From the NCBI RefSeq assembly GCF_006345805.1, contig NC_043000.1, positions 32,240,001 to 32,304,000 of the forward strand: DNA of 64,000 nt, written 5' to 3'. Each line of letters opens with the position of its first letter. The first letter of the stretch is position 1. Shown piece after piece: positions 61,669-64,000 of the stretch. The translations under genes and the position numbers were made by a program. The notes under the pieces were generated by a model. The model did no database searches. It worked only from the letters and a program-made list of their open reading frames with translations, and was not told where the DNA came from. Origin of the DNA: Octopus sinensis (taxonomy: Eukaryota).

Positions 61669-62799
61669 TTAATAATGATGTATGTCACTTTTATATTTGA
61701 TAACATTCAATCAGTTAAAGTTAGAAAAACTATTAAAACCAATCAAATCATATCAACATTTCTTTCTTTCTCACAATTTAATAAAAGCCTTCTCCTCATA
61801 GTTTTGGATTTTAGGTGTGCACTCCCTAATTTTTGTAATAATTCCTGTTCCTAGACTTCAGCACTTGCTAATTTTGCTACATATACTTGATTAAAGAGCT
61901 GTGGAACTTGTAGCAGATTGTTTGATTGAGAAGGATACCTTTAGAGGGTAATTTAATTTCAATGATCCAACAGTTATGAGTTACAGAAGTCTTTTTAAAA
62001 AGGTTTTGGCCCTACCATAGCCTACTAGGGTCTGATATATAACCCAGTACAAATCATATACAATGTCTTCTTTGATTTATCAGCCCTCAAAGTTCTATCA
62101 ACTGGAAACTCATCAGTATTTAATCCATTGCCAGCTCCGGTCAAACTGTCCATTTTCCATACTAGCCTGGACTGGACAGTTTGACCAGAGCTGGCAATGT
62201 TGGCAGCTGTACCAGGCTCCATTGCCTGTTATGTCATCGTTACTACAGCTGGATGCTTTCCCTAATGCCAACCACTTTATAGTGTACAAAGGGTGCTTTT
62301 TATGCAGCACCAGTAGGGTCGTCAAAGTAAAAACCAGCTGAATTTTTTTTTTTCTTTTTTGTTTAAACTGTTTATATTACAAGACAAGCAATTCACTTCA
62401 TTATTTATTAAATTTGGAGTATAGGAAGAAAAACAGAGAAAATTAGTAGCCAAATTTTTTTATATTTAAATAAAATTTTAACATTTAGAAATTGTACATA
62501 AATTTCTCTTGACTTTTATTTGTTTACATAATGCAAGTTGATGAATTGTTTCTCCTCCAGTTTTATGTCCTGATGCAACTCGGCAGTGAACAGGAAGTGG
62601 TTCACATTGCCAGAGAGAGAGAGAGAGAAGCAAAACTAAAGAGAAGGGACATAACTCAATGGTTGTAAACAATTTTAAATCTTCATCACATTACGTAGGA
62701 ATGGCCACACACTTAACAAAAGATTAGATTATTTCTGTCCTGTCCTGATGCCATTTTCCCTTCTGCTTCTGTCCTCTCTTTTACCCATCATCTCTCTTC

Positions 62800-64000
62800 T
62801 TCTCCTTCATCTAGTGTTTTAAATCCAGATTTTGTCCCCATTAACGGGGATGGCTGGATCTACCACACTACCATAGCATTTGGGTGTCTTCCCTTCTCAA
62901 GCTAATCCTCCCAATCTCCCCTTCCACCTGTCCCCTTGGTCTACCTCGCTTTCGCACTCCATTTACCTCAAATGCAATCACCCTCCTCAGGACATGCTCT
63001 TCATCCCTTCTCAAAACATGCCCATACCACCACACTCCATTCACCCTTGCCAGCCATTCCACCAATTATTCCAACCCCAGCATCCCCATCAAATCTTCAG
63101 TCCTCCTCTTATCAAACAGCTTCACCCCACACATTTCTCTCATCTACCATGAATCCATTTCTCACATCTCGTACGCAACACTGCATTGCTCTCTCAGTCC
63201 TTCTCAAAATTACCATCTCTCTCTCTCTCTCCCTCAGACACCCTGTCTCACTCCCTCCCAAACAGCATTGAAGCTCTCACACAACTCCTATCGACCCTTC
63301 TTTTCATCTTCAATGAGAACCTTTTCCCATATAACAATGCTCCACATTTCCTGAACTTCACCCAGCCAAGTCTCACTCTTGCTGTCACAGCTGCTTCACA
63401 TCCACCACTTACATCCACCCCGCTCACCATCACTGTCTTCCCGAGGTTTATCTTCAAACCCTTGCTTTCAAATGCCTCCTTCTATTTCAAAAACTTCTCC
63501 CTCAATCCCTCCGTCTCATTCGTCAGAACAAGGCCATCCACATGCAGTATCTCCATTATCAATCCCTCTCTTGCACTCACCGTTACCGCATCAACCACTA
63601 TTGCAAACACCGGTGACAACACAGATCCCTGATGCACACCAACTTTCACCACAAACTCCTCCGCGAGCTCTGATCCAATCCTCACTCTTGTCTTTACCCC
63701 CTCATACAAACTCATCATTGCCCTCACTATTATCTCCAATACACCTCTCTTCCTCAATGCCCACCCAATCACCTTCCTTGGAACCCTATCAAATGCCTTC
63801 TCCAGATCAACTCCTTATCTCAGTACTCCTCTTGCAATCTCCTTACAATGGACACTGCATCTATTGTCCCCCTTCCTGGCATAAGACCAAATTGTATCAC
63901 GTCCACATCCACCTCTTTCCAAATTCTCCTCTCCAACTCCCTTTCCACTATCTTCATTGCATGCTCCAATAACTTCACTCCCCTATACACCCCACAACTC
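62800..64000 (-). mobile_element. Degraded RTE LINE (RT domain to 3' end)
   Basis: WALRKRGV...VGVHQGSVLSP..., AAVTARVRLGWVKFR...YGKRFSLKMK, WYGHVLRRDEEHVLRR...RKRGRPR. Frameshifted; runs off the window. Confidence 0.9.

Overview
This is a 64-kb AT-rich animal window. I recognise its SINE/RTE/microsatellite repertoire as cephalopod, most likely Octopus; that is an inference, not a database hit. One protein-coding gene can be reconstructed by hand on the minus strand: the middle of sorting nexin 14 (SNX14). It covers the post-PXA linker, the RGS domain, the PX domain and the start of the C-terminal region, as 14 phase-consistent GT-AG exons between 61413 and 7459. Both gene ends lie outside the window. 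The first RGS exon (115 nt) appears twice, in a perfect 520-bp tandem duplication whose breakpoint is a 41-bp identical tract shared by two flanking repeat copies; including both copies would give a premature stop. The introns are packed with RTE and CR1-type LINE remnants, three or more tRNA-headed SINE families, a full-length dead mariner, Tc1/maT fragments, pogo- and piggyBac-like MITEs, a Helitron-like element, a solo-LTR-like element and mini/microsatellites. The most unusual recurring signal is a set of foldback or tandem elements, several beside (TA)n, carrying hammerhead-ribozyme-like cores (CUGANGA...stem II...GAAA) with family-specific stem II sequences. Every core with an intact CUGAUGA lies antisense to SNX14, and every sense-strand copy is broken. 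No hammerhead here is shown to be active; all are sequence-level candidates.
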